Below, piece after piece: positions 19,601 to 29,199 of a DNA stretch of 64,000 bases. Below the pieces are notes generated by a model. That model was not told the origin of the DNA, made no database searches, and saw only the letters and a program-made list of their open reading frames with translations. The DNA is taken from the NCBI GenBank assembly GCA_035363095.1, contig DAOSEK010000003.1, positions 8,597 to 72,596 on the forward strand, in the 5' to 3' direction. This DNA comes from Candidatus Woesearchaeota archaeon. GTDB taxonomy: Archaea; Nanobdellota; Nanobdellia; Woesearchaeales; UBA119. How positions within the stretch are numbered: position 1 is the first letter of the stretch; each line of letters opens with the position of its first letter. The translations under genes and the position numbers were made by a program.

Positions 19601-19996
19601 AAAGAGAAAAATAACGCCTTTGAGCTAGAATAGAACTAAAAAGAACTTCAAAAGGCATGTTGTTCTAGATAACATTTATAAATGAGCACCTACTTATCAT
19701 AATTGCGTTTGGTTGTTAGAAAAGATTTTGGTTTTTTTATTTTTATTAAAATTTTTTTAACACCAAAAAATTCTACTAATTCTCTTGGATTCAAATAATA
19801 ATTTAACGATTCAGGGTTAATTTGAATTTTATTCATACACTATCTATTTAATTCGTACAACCATTAAATATTATAGCTATTATAGCTTGAGTAATTAGAT
19901 TTAATAGCTAGCATATATTGTTACTATATTATTTTTCAAACTATAAAATAATATAAACAGATAAATTTCTACAATCGTTATAAGGAGGGGATTTAC

Positions 19997-20299
19997 GTGA
20001 AATGGAAATTAAGAAACATTGCATGGGTATTTTTTGCATTCCTTGTTTTAGGAAATGTTAGTGCATATTCACATTATGCTTTTAATCAAAACCTTGTTAT
20101 TGATAATTCAAGGATTATAACTCCCAATATTTATACAGATGGAATAGTAGGGGTACTAAATACAGGAAAAACAAATATCCTAAGGATTTCCAACCAAGAA
20201 TTTTTAATGCCTCGGAATACTTATTTAGTATTTTGGTTTGAAGAAGGGAATTATCAGTTATTTAATGGAAAAGATAAGGCTTTAGTTTTTTCTAAATAG
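19997..20299 (+). CDS. Small secreted hypothetical protein (100 aa)
   Basis: N-terminal signal-like IAWVFFAFLVLGNVSA. Confidence 0.3.
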   Translation: MKWKLRNIAWVFFAFLVLGNVSAYSHYAFNQNLVIDNSRIITPNIYTDGIVGVLNTGKTNILRISNQEFLMPRNTYLVFWFEEGNYQLFNGKDKALVFSK

Positions 20300-20302
20300 T
20301 AC

Positions 20303-21490
20303 TTAATTTGTTTGATTAATCCATTCAGAATATAAGTGCTCAAAATTTTTTTCTTTTATTGATTTTCTGATTTGTGCCATTATGTCTAGATAAAAGAATA
20401 TGTTGTGATATGAAGCAATTTTGTACGCTAAGAATTCTTGCGATCGAAATAAATGACACAGATAAGCTTTTGTGTATCGCCTACACATCTCACAACTGCA
20501 AAAAGGGTCTAATTTTGAGTTGTCGTGTATGTATTTAGCACCTGATATTCGTATTCTATATTTGTTTTTAAGATTGCCTCCAGATTTAGGATGAATATGA
20601 ATATAACCTGCTCTTGCGATTCTTGTGGGACCTGCACAATCAAAGGTATCAATGCCTTGTAAAACTGAATTGAAAATGTCTTCCACAGTACCAATTCCAA
20701 GTAGATGTCTTGGTTTTTTTTCATCTAAAAACGGAGTTATCCAAAATAGAGTTTCATACATTTGTTTTTTGCCAAATGAGCCTCCAATTGCATACCCATC
20801 AAAGCCAATCTTATTGATTTCTTGTGCTGATTCCTCTCTTAAATCCTTGAACAATCCTCCTTGTATGATGCCATATAGTGCCTGTTGTTTTTTATTGTTA
20901 TTTTTGTGGTAATCAAAACATTCTTTTGCCCAGAGATGTGTTCTGATGTTGGCTTCTTTTGTTGTTTTATAATCAGAAGAAGGAGCGGAGCATTCGTCTA
21001 GTGCAAGTATTATGTCTGCACCAATTTTATGTTGTGTCTGAATTGAAAGTTTAGGAGTTAAAAGGTGTTTTGATTGGTCATATATTGAGCGAAAACTAAC
21101 ACCTTCATCAGTAATATATGCAATTCTTTCCTGTTTTTGTTTTGATTCTTTTACTTTATAATCGAATTTTGATTTTCCCAGTTGAGTTCCAATCCCTAAG
21201 CTAAATGCTTGAAAGCCACCACTATCTGTCATAAAGGGGGTATTTATGCTTGAGAATTCATTTATTCCCCCAAGTTTATCTAAAACTTGCGCTCCTGGTT
21301 TAAGCATTAGATGATATGTATTTGTAATTAAAAGATCTACTTTAAGCTTTTCTAAATCTTCGCTTGATAAGGCTTTTACTGTTGCTTTTGTGGCCACTGG
21401 AACAAATGCAGGGGTGTTAACAATTCCATGTTTTAGTTTTAATTCCCCAAGTCTTAATCCCTTGTAAGTTTTAAGTATTTTAAACTCCAT
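20303..21490 (-). CDS. tgt: tRNA-guanine transglycosylase, queuine-type (bacterial-like, no PUA extension)
   Basis: N-terminal GIVNTPAFVPVAT...NTYHLMLKPG, catalytic LALDEC, and zinc site CSCEMC...H. The 395 aa length is that of Q-type TGT rather than archaeosine TGT. Confidence 0.8.
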   Translation of the reverse strand: MEFKILKTYKGLRLGELKLKHGIVNTPAFVPVATKATVKALSSEDLEKLKVDLLITNTYHLMLKPGAQVLDKLGGINEFSSINTPFMTDSGGFQAFSLGIGTQLGKSKFDYKVKESKQKQERIAYITDEGVSFRSIYDQSKHLLTPKLSIQTQHKIGADIILALDECSAPSSDYKTTKEANIRTHLWAKECFDYHKNNNKKQQALYGIIQGGLFKDLREESAQEINKIGFDGYAIGGSFGKKQMYETLFWITPFLDEKKPRHLLGIGTVEDIFNSVLQGIDTFDCAGPTRIARAGYIHIHPKSGGNLKNKYRIRISGAKYIHDNSKLDPFCSCEMCRRYTKAYLCHLFRSQEFLAYKIASYHNIFFYLDIMAQIRKSIKEKNFEHLYSEWINQTN

Positions 21491-21683
21491 ATGATTCTAC
21501 CAGATTTTTTTTAAGATAATCAATTTGTTTATAAATTTATAGCTGATTTTAGGTTTTAGAGAATAAATGTTGTTTTGAATTGAGAATTATTTTAAAAAAA
21601 CTAGACTCTGTTCGGAATTGTACAATTGAGTATAGTAGCACTAGATGAGACACATAAGTTCACTAAGTGAGATTATGTATGGT

Positions 21684-21838
21684 ATCTTGTCTGAGTGAGG
21701 TTCTATGTTTGAGTGAGATTCTATGTTAGAGTGCAGTTCAGTGTTTGAGCGAGGTTCTATGTTAGAGTGCAGTTCAGTATTAGAATACTGTTCAGTATTA
21801 CAGTGCAGTTCAGTGTCTGAGCGAGGTTGGGTGTTCTA
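21684..21838. repeat. Degenerate tandem repeat, about 18-bp unit (gagtgaggttctatgttt / gagtgcagttcagtgttt), about 8 copies
   Basis: Read directly; it lies in the divergent region between tgt (-) and a small membrane gene (+). Confidence 0.8.
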
Positions 21839-21947
21839 ATTTACATATTATTTCTATTTCAGAAATATTTAAGAAATATTTAAGAACTATTTCAAAGCGA
21901 GCTAAAAATTGCAAAATAATATATATTAGCTTTGTTAGTTTAATACA

Positions 21948-22190
21948 ATGAAAAATAACGTGTTTGATGAAGTAGTAGGCTGGATTGGCATGTCAATAAT
22001 ACTTTTTGCCTATATTCTGATCAGTTTTGGTGTTTTGATGCCTTCTTCAGTGTTGTATCAATTTATTAATATTATTGGTTCAACGGGGATATTATACATT
22101 TCCTTTAAGAAGAAAGCTTATCAACCGGCTTTACTGAATTTGATATGGATTATTGTTGCTTTAGTGGCCATTTTAGCAATTATCATCTAA
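21948..22190 (+). CDS. Small hydrophobic membrane protein (80 aa)
   Basis: ORF track; three predicted TM stretches. Confidence 0.3.
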   Translation: MKNNVFDEVVGWIGMSIILFAYILISFGVLMPSSVLYQFINIIGSTGILYISFKKKAYQPALLNLIWIIVALVAILAIII

Positions 22191-22335
22191 AAAAAATTTC
22201 TAAGAATTTCTGAAAGATTAAAATTTTATTCGATTCATAGATATTAGAATAAGGAGTATAAAAGTAATATATGTAAAAGTAATGTATATACGAATGATAT
22301 ATGCATAAAAAATAGAAAAAAATAGAAAAAAAAAA

Positions 22336-22866
22336 TTAATTTCTCACTCTTTGGCAAAGTTGACAGTTAAATCCTTGAGATTTAAACCCTAGAGAGTTTA
22401 ACCCAAGGTCTGCAACGGAATTTCTTTGTTTTCCTTGAGCGATTGAACCATCTATACCTTTTTTCATTTGCCCAACGCCTAAACCTAACTCTTTTTTTAG
22501 ATTGTTAGCAGTCTCAAAATCTCCTTGTAAGTTTGCATTATGGAGTTCTTTGTATTTCTCAAAGTTATCTTTATTTATCACTTGAAACATCTTACCATGA
22601 GTTGGCAGGTTGTTTTCTTCTCTTATTTTAATCCACTGCTCATAATCATTTGATTTTATGGCTTCTATTAATTGGTCATGGACAACTTGGTCGTAGTTTG
22701 GATTGTTTTCTTTTGGACTACCAATCTGAGCGTAGGTAAATCCTGCAATTGTTAAACTAATCATTAATGTAGTCAGGATAATTCCAAAAATAGCTTTTTG
22801 TTTCAAATTGTTTTTAATTTGGCTGTTGGCATTTATTTTCATATTTTTCTTCTCATTGTTCTTCAT
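22336..22866 (-). CDS. Secreted or anchored hypothetical protein (176 aa)
   Basis: N-terminal TM/signal FGIILTTLMISLTIAGFTYA and a C-terminal CQLC. Confidence 0.35.
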   Translation of the reverse strand: MKNNEKKNMKINANSQIKNNLKQKAIFGIILTTLMISLTIAGFTYAQIGSPKENNPNYDQVVHDQLIEAIKSNDYEQWIKIREENNLPTHGKMFQVINKDNFEKYKELHNANLQGDFETANNLKKELGLGVGQMKKGIDGSIAQGKQRNSVADLGLNSLGFKSQGFNCQLCQRVRN

Positions 22867-23066
22867 ATTCTTTTACCTCTTTTTTTATTTTTTGAAAAAC
22901 CCACTTTTCTTTGGATTATGTTTTTTTAACAAATCCCGTTTTTCATATTGTTTCGAATGTATGAAACCATACAACTATCTTGTTGAAACTGTGGTTAGTA
23001 TCTAAGAAACTATACACAAAGTTAAGTTCATAAGTTTTAAATATAGAGATATTTTCTTTAATTGTT

Positions 23067-23606
23067 ATGAAACTAAAAAAGATTATGATTATTGGTGTGA
23101 TTATACTTAGTTTTATGATTGTAATATTGGGATTTTTATTTTACATTGAACAATCAAAGATTAATAAAAGGCTTAATCCTTTAGAACTTGAAATTATGAC
23201 AAAGGAGCAGATTATACAAATGGTATATTTAAGACAAGAAAAGACAAGTTCTCCGATGTATTATTTTATTCCTATATTTAGCTTTTTTGGACTAGGGATA
23301 GGTGCTACTCTTTATTATGTTCTTAGTAGCAATATTGAAAAGAAGGATAAATTAATCAAGCATAATTCTGATGTTATATTAAAACTATTGAATAATGATG
23401 AGAGAAGGGTTATAAAAAAGATTGTGGAAAATAATGGAAAAGTTCAACAACTTGAGATTACTTACATGCAAGGTTTTAGTAAGGTTAAAGCACATAGAAT
23501 AGTAGAGTCTTTAGTTAATAAAGATATAGTTACAAAAGAAGCGTTAGGTAAAATAAGGTTGATTAGGCTTGATAAAGAATTATATGATATTTTAAGGAAG
23601 AATTAG
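23067..23606 (+). CDS. Membrane-tethered winged-HTH (MarR/TrmB-like) regulator
   Basis: Two TM segments, then ERRVIKKIVENNGKVQQLEITYMQGFSKVKAHRIVESLVNKDIV. Confidence 0.45.
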   Translation: MKLKKIMIIGVIILSFMIVILGFLFYIEQSKINKRLNPLELEIMTKEQIIQMVYLRQEKTSSPMYYFIPIFSFFGLGIGATLYYVLSSNIEKKDKLIKHNSDVILKLLNNDERRVIKKIVENNGKVQQLEITYMQGFSKVKAHRIVESLVNKDIVTKEALGKIRLIRLDKELYDILRKN

Positions 23607-23619
23607 ACTGCAATTTTTT

Positions 23620-23925
23620 TTATTTCATGAATCCGTCATTTACATACTTTGGTTTTGGGGTTTGGTCGCAAGCCCTAAAATTTGAAGAAGCGGATTCACA
23701 TAACGATTAATCTAGAAACAATCTAGCAAGATATCTCCTAGTGTTTATGCTTTAAAGATTTTTTATTTTTGTGAGGCAATTAATCATTTTGCATACTTTG
23801 GTGCATAATACAGTAAGTAAGAACGGATAGATTTAAGATGTGTTTAAAAAAGAGAGATTTAAAAATAATAACCTTGAATTATAAATCTGATACCCAAAGA
23901 ATTTATGCTTAGGTTTTTCATCTTG
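23620..23925. repeat. Degenerate, decayed copy of the modular repeat family (copy 7)
   Basis: Contains fragments catgaatccgtc, catactttgg, ggattcac, ttttgcatactttggtg and tatgcttaggtttttcat shared with intact copies. Confidence 0.5.
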
Positions 23926-23964
23926 TCATATAGATGTTAAAAATTATTTTAAAGTGGATTTTTT

Positions 23965-25224
23965 ATGAAAACTAGTGGAAAAAAAGTTGAGATAATGAGC
24001 CCCGCAGGCTCTTTTGAATCGCTTATTGCAGCAATAAAAGCTGGGGCTGATTCCATATACTTTGGGGCAGGAGAACTTAATATGCGCTCTGGTTCTATTA
24101 GGTTTTCTGTGAGTGATTTAGTAAGGATAGTAAGGATTTGCAAAAAAAACAATGTTCGGTGTTATCTTACACTCAATAGTGTTATGTTTGATGATGATTT
24201 AAATCAAATGAAAAAAATATGTATTAAAGCAAAAAAAGCAGGTGTTGATTCTATTATTGCCTGTGATTTTTCAGTTATTGAATTTGCGAACCAAATAGGA
24301 CTAAAGGTACATCTTTCTACACAGGCTAATGTTTCAAATTTTGAAGCAGTAAGATTTTTTTCAAGATATGCAGATACTATTGTTTTGGCTAGAGAGCTTT
24401 CCTTAGCTCAAATTGATTATATTTGTAAAATGATTCAAAAAAACAAGCTTAAAGGACCATCTGGAAAACTTGTTGAAATAGAGGTTTTTGTACATGGTGC
24501 TCTTTGCGTTGCAGTGTCTGGTAAGTGTTATATGAGTTTAGCACAATATAATAGCTCTGCAAATAGGGGAAAATGCCTTCAGGCTTGCAGAAGAAGATAT
24601 AGGATTATTGATGATGAGACTAATGATGAGTTAGTTGTTGATAATAATTTTATTATGTCACCTAAGGATTTATGCACTATTGCAATGATAGATAAGCTGA
24701 TTGAGTCAGGTGTTAGTGTATTTAAGATTGAAGGAAGGGCAAGAGCCCCTGAGTATGTATATACTGTTACTAAAATATACAAAGAGGCTGTTTTAGCTGT
24801 TGAAAATAAAAGCTATTCTCCTTTCAAGGTCGCAAAGTGGAAAAAAGAGCTAAATAAGGTTTTTAACAGAGGATTTTGGGAAAATGGATATTATCTAGGA
24901 AAGAAAAATGGAGAATGGGCAAACGCCTATGGATCAGTTGCTACAACGGAGAAACTAAAAATTGGAAAGGTTATTCACTTTTATGGTAAGAATAAAATTG
25001 CTCAGATATATATAGAAAGTAATGGTTTGTCTTTAAACGATAAGATAATGATTTCAGGAAAGACTACAGGACCTGTTTTCTTAAAAGTAGAAAACATTGT
25101 TGATTTTTCTGGGAAAGTAGTAAATGTTGCATCTAAGGGAATGAAGGTTACTATTCCTATTAAAGAAAAGGTAAGAATAAATGATGAGGTATTTTTGTTT
25201 AGAGATAGAATTTCTTATCAATGA
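23965..25224 (+). CDS. Peptidase U32 family protein (collagenase-like / RNA hydroxylase family)
   Basis: N-terminal EIMSPAGSFESLIAAIKAGADSIYFG and central CxxxxxxC...C cysteines, typical of U32. Start may be Met at 23995. Confidence 0.75.
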   Translation: MKTSGKKVEIMSPAGSFESLIAAIKAGADSIYFGAGELNMRSGSIRFSVSDLVRIVRICKKNNVRCYLTLNSVMFDDDLNQMKKICIKAKKAGVDSIIACDFSVIEFANQIGLKVHLSTQANVSNFEAVRFFSRYADTIVLARELSLAQIDYICKMIQKNKLKGPSGKLVEIEVFVHGALCVAVSGKCYMSLAQYNSSANRGKCLQACRRRYRIIDDETNDELVVDNNFIMSPKDLCTIAMIDKLIESGVSVFKIEGRARAPEYVYTVTKIYKEAVLAVENKSYSPFKVAKWKKELNKVFNRGFWENGYYLGKKNGEWANAYGSVATTEKLKIGKVIHFYGKNKIAQIYIESNGLSLNDKIMISGKTTGPVFLKVENIVDFSGKVVNVASKGMKVTIPIKEKVRINDEVFLFRDRISYQ

Positions 25225-25732
25225 AGTTTTCTGTATTGCTTATAATGCCCTGAGAGAAAGTTTTTGAATAGTATGTCTTGATTGCAAATTGGGAATATTA
25301 ACACCTAATTTTTCAATTTATTTTGTTTTTGTGAACTCTTGTTCTTTCTGCTAGTCTGATTCTTTGAAATATCAAAGAAGAGTAGAATGAATGAATTAAT
25401 TGATATCCTCATAATATCATCAAATATTGAGAAGATATCTATGGGATTTATGCCCAGTTAATTCAATCATATTTTTGTTTCCTTCATACCGCTTTCTATA
25501 CTATATTTCTTTAAGAGTATCTGTTTTTTTATTTTTGCAAAAGATTAATTCAATAATTTATTAATTAGTGTGATTTTATAATTATAATGAGTTAAAAAAT
25601 TTTATAAAAATTTTATTATAATTCTGTATAATTTACAGTAAAAAAGAAAAGATTTAAATATAAGTTCTTACAAGGATTGTAATAGGATACAAAAAAGTAT
25701 GCTGATTACGACAATACGTTGTTTTCCACACT

Positions 25733-26377
25733 TTGAATATCCGAGATAGAGTTGGTATGCAAATGGAGCAAGAAACGCTTTTCACAGCGGCCAAATGGAG
25801 TGTTCTAAAATCACTCTCATTTGAAAAGAAATCACCTTTAGAGCTTGCACAAGCAAATAATACCTCTATGTCAAATATTAGTCAGGCATTACGATTTTTA
25901 GAACTTGCAGGTCTTGTGAAAAGTGAACGTGTCTCAAATAGAGATAAAGGACAACCAAGAATAATATATTCTATTGCTAAAGACAATGCGTATTTAATTC
26001 TTACATCTAAATCATTTGTGGATAAAAGACTAATAGATTTAGATGAACACAAAAAAGCAATAGTTCGAATATGGTTTTTTGAAAATTCTTCGATGCACTT
26101 CTTTTTGGAGAAAGCATTTGAAATAATTGAAAAAAATTTAGAGAAATATGAAGCAATCTATGTAGATAAAAATACACTTACTGAAGTTAAGCTTCTTGTT
26201 GTTTTGAAAAAAAGCGATTCGAAAATTGATTTGAAAGATTTCAATGTGACAAACAATGGGATCTCAAAAAAAGTTTCTTACAAGGCTGTTACAAAGGAGT
26301 TTGTGAAAAAAGAAAATAATTCACTATATGCAATTTACGATCCTCAAAATCTCATAGAGGAAAAAATACATGTTTGA
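25733..26377 (+). CDS. Winged-HTH transcriptional regulator (ArsR/TrmB-like) immediately upstream of secreted paralog cluster
   Basis: WSVLKSLSFEKKSPLELAQANNTSMSNISQALRFLELAGLVKS. Confidence 0.5.
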   Translation: MNIRDRVGMQMEQETLFTAAKWSVLKSLSFEKKSPLELAQANNTSMSNISQALRFLELAGLVKSERVSNRDKGQPRIIYSIAKDNAYLILTSKSFVDKRLIDLDEHKKAIVRIWFFENSSMHFFLEKAFEIIEKNLEKYEAIYVDKNTLTEVKLLVVLKKSDSKIDLKDFNVTNNGISKKVSYKAVTKEFVKKENNSLYAIYDPQNLIEEKIHV

Positions 26378-26397
26378 AAATATAGGGAGGGTTTAAT

Positions 26398-27114
26398 ATG
26401 AAAAAAATAGAAAAGATATTTGTGTTTTTGGTGGTGGCAGTGGCCTTTTGCACTGTGTTTGCGTTGGCAGAACCTTATGGAGCAGATGATGTAAGTTATG
26501 TTACATCTTCAAGATATAATACCAGTGCAATCTCTCCAGATTCTATTGAGGCAATAGCTGGAAATGTTACAGAAATAACACTTAATGCAACAACAGTAAC
26601 AACATCTTGGCAGGGTTTTTACGGAAATGTTACGGGAAACATAATATTAGCAGATTCCAGCGGGAATAATTTTTATGATTGGAACCTAACAAATCCATCA
26701 GGACAGGTATATGCAAGCAGATCAAATGCTGTTACGTGGGCAAGTATCGCTTGTATAACTCCAGTATTACTTTCTGGAGAGGAAACCTATCTAGGACAAA
26801 CTTCTGATGATGGAGACAGTGTTACAAATACTTATACCCTGACAAATCATCCTTGGTTTTTATCTGGTACAACCAACATAACTGGTTGCAATGCAACTAA
26901 AGCATATGATTCTACTGGAGGTCCAGGAGCAGATAGTTTTTGGCAGGTTTTATTGAGCGATGGTGTAAATACGGTATATAGCACTATTCTTGAGGATGGC
27001 CTCACAAACGGGTTTAACAATGCTCCTTGGCATTTTGAGTTATTAGTTGGTGAGAATGGAAAAACCGGTAACGAAGGTTCAACACCTTATTACTTTTATG
27101 TAGAATTACAATAA
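26398..27114 (+). CDS. Secreted N-glycosylation-sequon-rich protein, paralog family member A
   Basis: Sec signal VFLVVAVAFCTVFALA and many N-x-S/T sequons. Shares with 27281 and 36629 the blocks W(Q/K)G(F/A)YGNVTG, (F/I)Y(D/N)W, (V)Y(A/S)SR, and a C-terminal YYF(Y/F)VE. Confidence 0.6.
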   Translation: MKKIEKIFVFLVVAVAFCTVFALAEPYGADDVSYVTSSRYNTSAISPDSIEAIAGNVTEITLNATTVTTSWQGFYGNVTGNIILADSSGNNFYDWNLTNPSGQVYASRSNAVTWASIACITPVLLSGEETYLGQTSDDGDSVTNTYTLTNHPWFLSGTTNITGCNATKAYDSTGGPGADSFWQVLLSDGVNTVYSTILEDGLTNGFNNAPWHFELLVGENGKTGNEGSTPYYFYVELQ

Positions 27115-27280
27115 ATTGGTTTTTATTTTTTTATGGTTTTTATTGTTTTTTTAAATTGTATTTTTTTATTTTTTATTGAATGTGTTTGTAGGATTTTATA
27201 ATTTTAAGGGTTTGATTGTTTGGTTAATAATGAATTTGCACTCATGCTTATGATTAATTTAAATTAAAAAAAATAAGGAA

Positions 27281-28021
27281 GTGATTAAAATTAAAGTCAA
27301 AAAAACAAGAATTATTAGATTTTTAACTATGTTTTGTGCGGTGGGTTTTATTTTTATGGTAGCATTATTTACCAAAGCAGACCCTTCAAGTGGAACAACA
27401 ATTAGCAGTAATGTAACTGATAGTGGAAGAACTTATACCCCAGCAAACAGAACGGATCCTGGGGGAACAATTACAACTTTTTCTGTTGATGCTCAACAGC
27501 AAGATACCAGATGGAAGGCTTATGTGGGAAATGTTACAGGAAGTTTAACTTTAGATGATAGTAATGGGATGACAATATATAATTGGACAGTGGGACTTGC
27601 AGATATTACAGGTGAAGTGTATTCTTCACGTGCTTCATCCATATCTTGGAGTCTTATAAGGTGTGCAAACACTACAATTGTTGCTTCAGAACAAACTACC
27701 TTAGGAATGAATTCATCTTCAGCAGATACTATCACAAAGACATTCAATGAAACTACTCATCCTCAATTTGTTACTGCAGGTAAAACCATTAGTTCAGGAT
27801 GTAATGCAACAGCAACCTATGTAAATGACCAAAGACAAGAACAAGCCTCAGCAACATTTCCGATAATTTTGTTAGATGATCAAACTAATTTAGTTTATAC
27901 AACTTTAATGAATCGAAATTCAACAGGTTTTGATAACAGAAGGTATGATTTTCAGATGATTGTTGCAAATAATCCTGCAAGCACCACCACTTATTATTTT
28001 TTCGTAGAACTAGGTAATTAA
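27281..28021 (+). CDS. Secreted N-glycosylation-sequon-rich protein, paralog family member B
   Basis: RWKAYVGNVTGSLTLDDSNGMTIYNWTV...EVYSSRASSISW...YYFFVELGN. Start may be the internal Met at about 27329. Confidence 0.6.
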   Translation: MIKIKVKKTRIIRFLTMFCAVGFIFMVALFTKADPSSGTTISSNVTDSGRTYTPANRTDPGGTITTFSVDAQQQDTRWKAYVGNVTGSLTLDDSNGMTIYNWTVGLADITGEVYSSRASSISWSLIRCANTTIVASEQTTLGMNSSSADTITKTFNETTHPQFVTAGKTISSGCNATATYVNDQRQEQASATFPIILLDDQTNLVYTTLMNRNSTGFDNRRYDFQMIVANNPASTTTYYFFVELGN

Positions 28022-28022
28022 A

Positions 28023-28928
28023 ATGCAAAGTCGTGAAGCAATTAGGAATGTGTATAAGTTAGCATTTTTGTTAATTTTAATTTTCACGTTATTCTTTGCA
28101 TTTTCAGGAATAGTGGCGTCTTATAACTACGAACACGTAAATGTTACATCAAAGGTTAATGTAACTAACGCAGGTCCAGAGATATTAAATACATACATTA
28201 GTTCACCAGTGGTATTAAATGCCGGCACTACAAAAATTGTTTATTGTAATGCAACAATAAGAGATTGGAACGGATTTGGAGATATAGATAATGTTAATGC
28301 TACTTTTTATTATCACTTGAATAATTCACATGATCCTGACGATAATAATGTACATTATACAAACGGTTCTTGTGAAGCAATATCAGATGATGGAGTATAC
28401 ATCGCAAATTATTCGTGTTCATTTGAGGTTTATTATTATGCGAATAACGGAACTTGGAGATGCAATATTTCTGCAAATGATAGTTATTCTTATAATGCCT
28501 CAAACACTACATCAAATGCTACAATAAATGCACTTTATGCTTTGAATGTTACAGATGTAATAGATTACGGAGATCTTTCTGTTACTGATACTAGTGGAAA
28601 TATCACTGCAACAGTAACAAATTTTGGTAATGTTCCAATTAATGTAAGTGTTTTGGGATATGGCGTTACACAAGGTGATGGTGTAGGGTTAGTTTGTGAG
28701 TATGGTTCAAACATAAGTGTTGAGAATCAAAGATTTTCAGGAGCATTAGTCAGTTGGGATGATAAGACATTGCTTGGAACAGAAAATAAGGATGTAGAGA
28801 TTACAATTGGAAAACAAACCGAACCTTTAACTCAGATAACCGCTAATACATATTGGCAACTTTATGTCCCACCAAATCCTTTTGGTCTTTGTACGGGAAC
28901 TATAAGATTCACAGCAACTACACCATAA
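28023..28928 (+). CDS. Secreted sequon-rich surface protein (301 aa)
   Basis: Signal/anchor LAFLLILIFTLFFAFSGIVAS and very many NxT/NxS sites (NVT, NAT, NGS, NYS ...). Confidence 0.5.
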   Translation: MQSREAIRNVYKLAFLLILIFTLFFAFSGIVASYNYEHVNVTSKVNVTNAGPEILNTYISSPVVLNAGTTKIVYCNATIRDWNGFGDIDNVNATFYYHLNNSHDPDDNNVHYTNGSCEAISDDGVYIANYSCSFEVYYYANNGTWRCNISANDSYSYNASNTTSNATINALYALNVTDVIDYGDLSVTDTSGNITATVTNFGNVPINVSVLGYGVTQGDGVGLVCEYGSNISVENQRFSGALVSWDDKTLLGTENKDVEITIGKQTEPLTQITANTYWQLYVPPNPFGLCTGTIRFTATTP

Positions 28929-29032
28929 AAGGTTAGCTATTTTTGTTTTGAAAAGATTGAATCTCACTGGTCTTTGAGGGTCTCTGATTTTTTGTTTTTA
29001 GCTCTTTAATTAATTTGTTACAATATTTTAAA

Positions 29033-29168
29033 TTCAACAACCTCACCTTAAAGGGCGAGGCATGTTGGTAATATAAAAGCATGCACTGTGTTAAAGCAAG
29101 GTTGTTGATTACAAAAAAACGTACCGAGTCATCATGTTGAAACACGAGGTGTGCTTTTCTATTAATAA
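29033..29168. repeat. Modular hairpin repeat family, copy 8 (core + arm only)
   Basis: tcaacaacctcaccttaaagggcgaggcatgttggtaatataaaagcatgcactgtgttaaagcaaggttgttgattacaaaaaaacgtaccgagtcatcatgttgaaacacgaggtgtgcttttctattaataaa. Confidence 0.9.
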
Positions 29169-29199
29169 ATAATCTTACATTAATAGTCAAGGGGATTTT

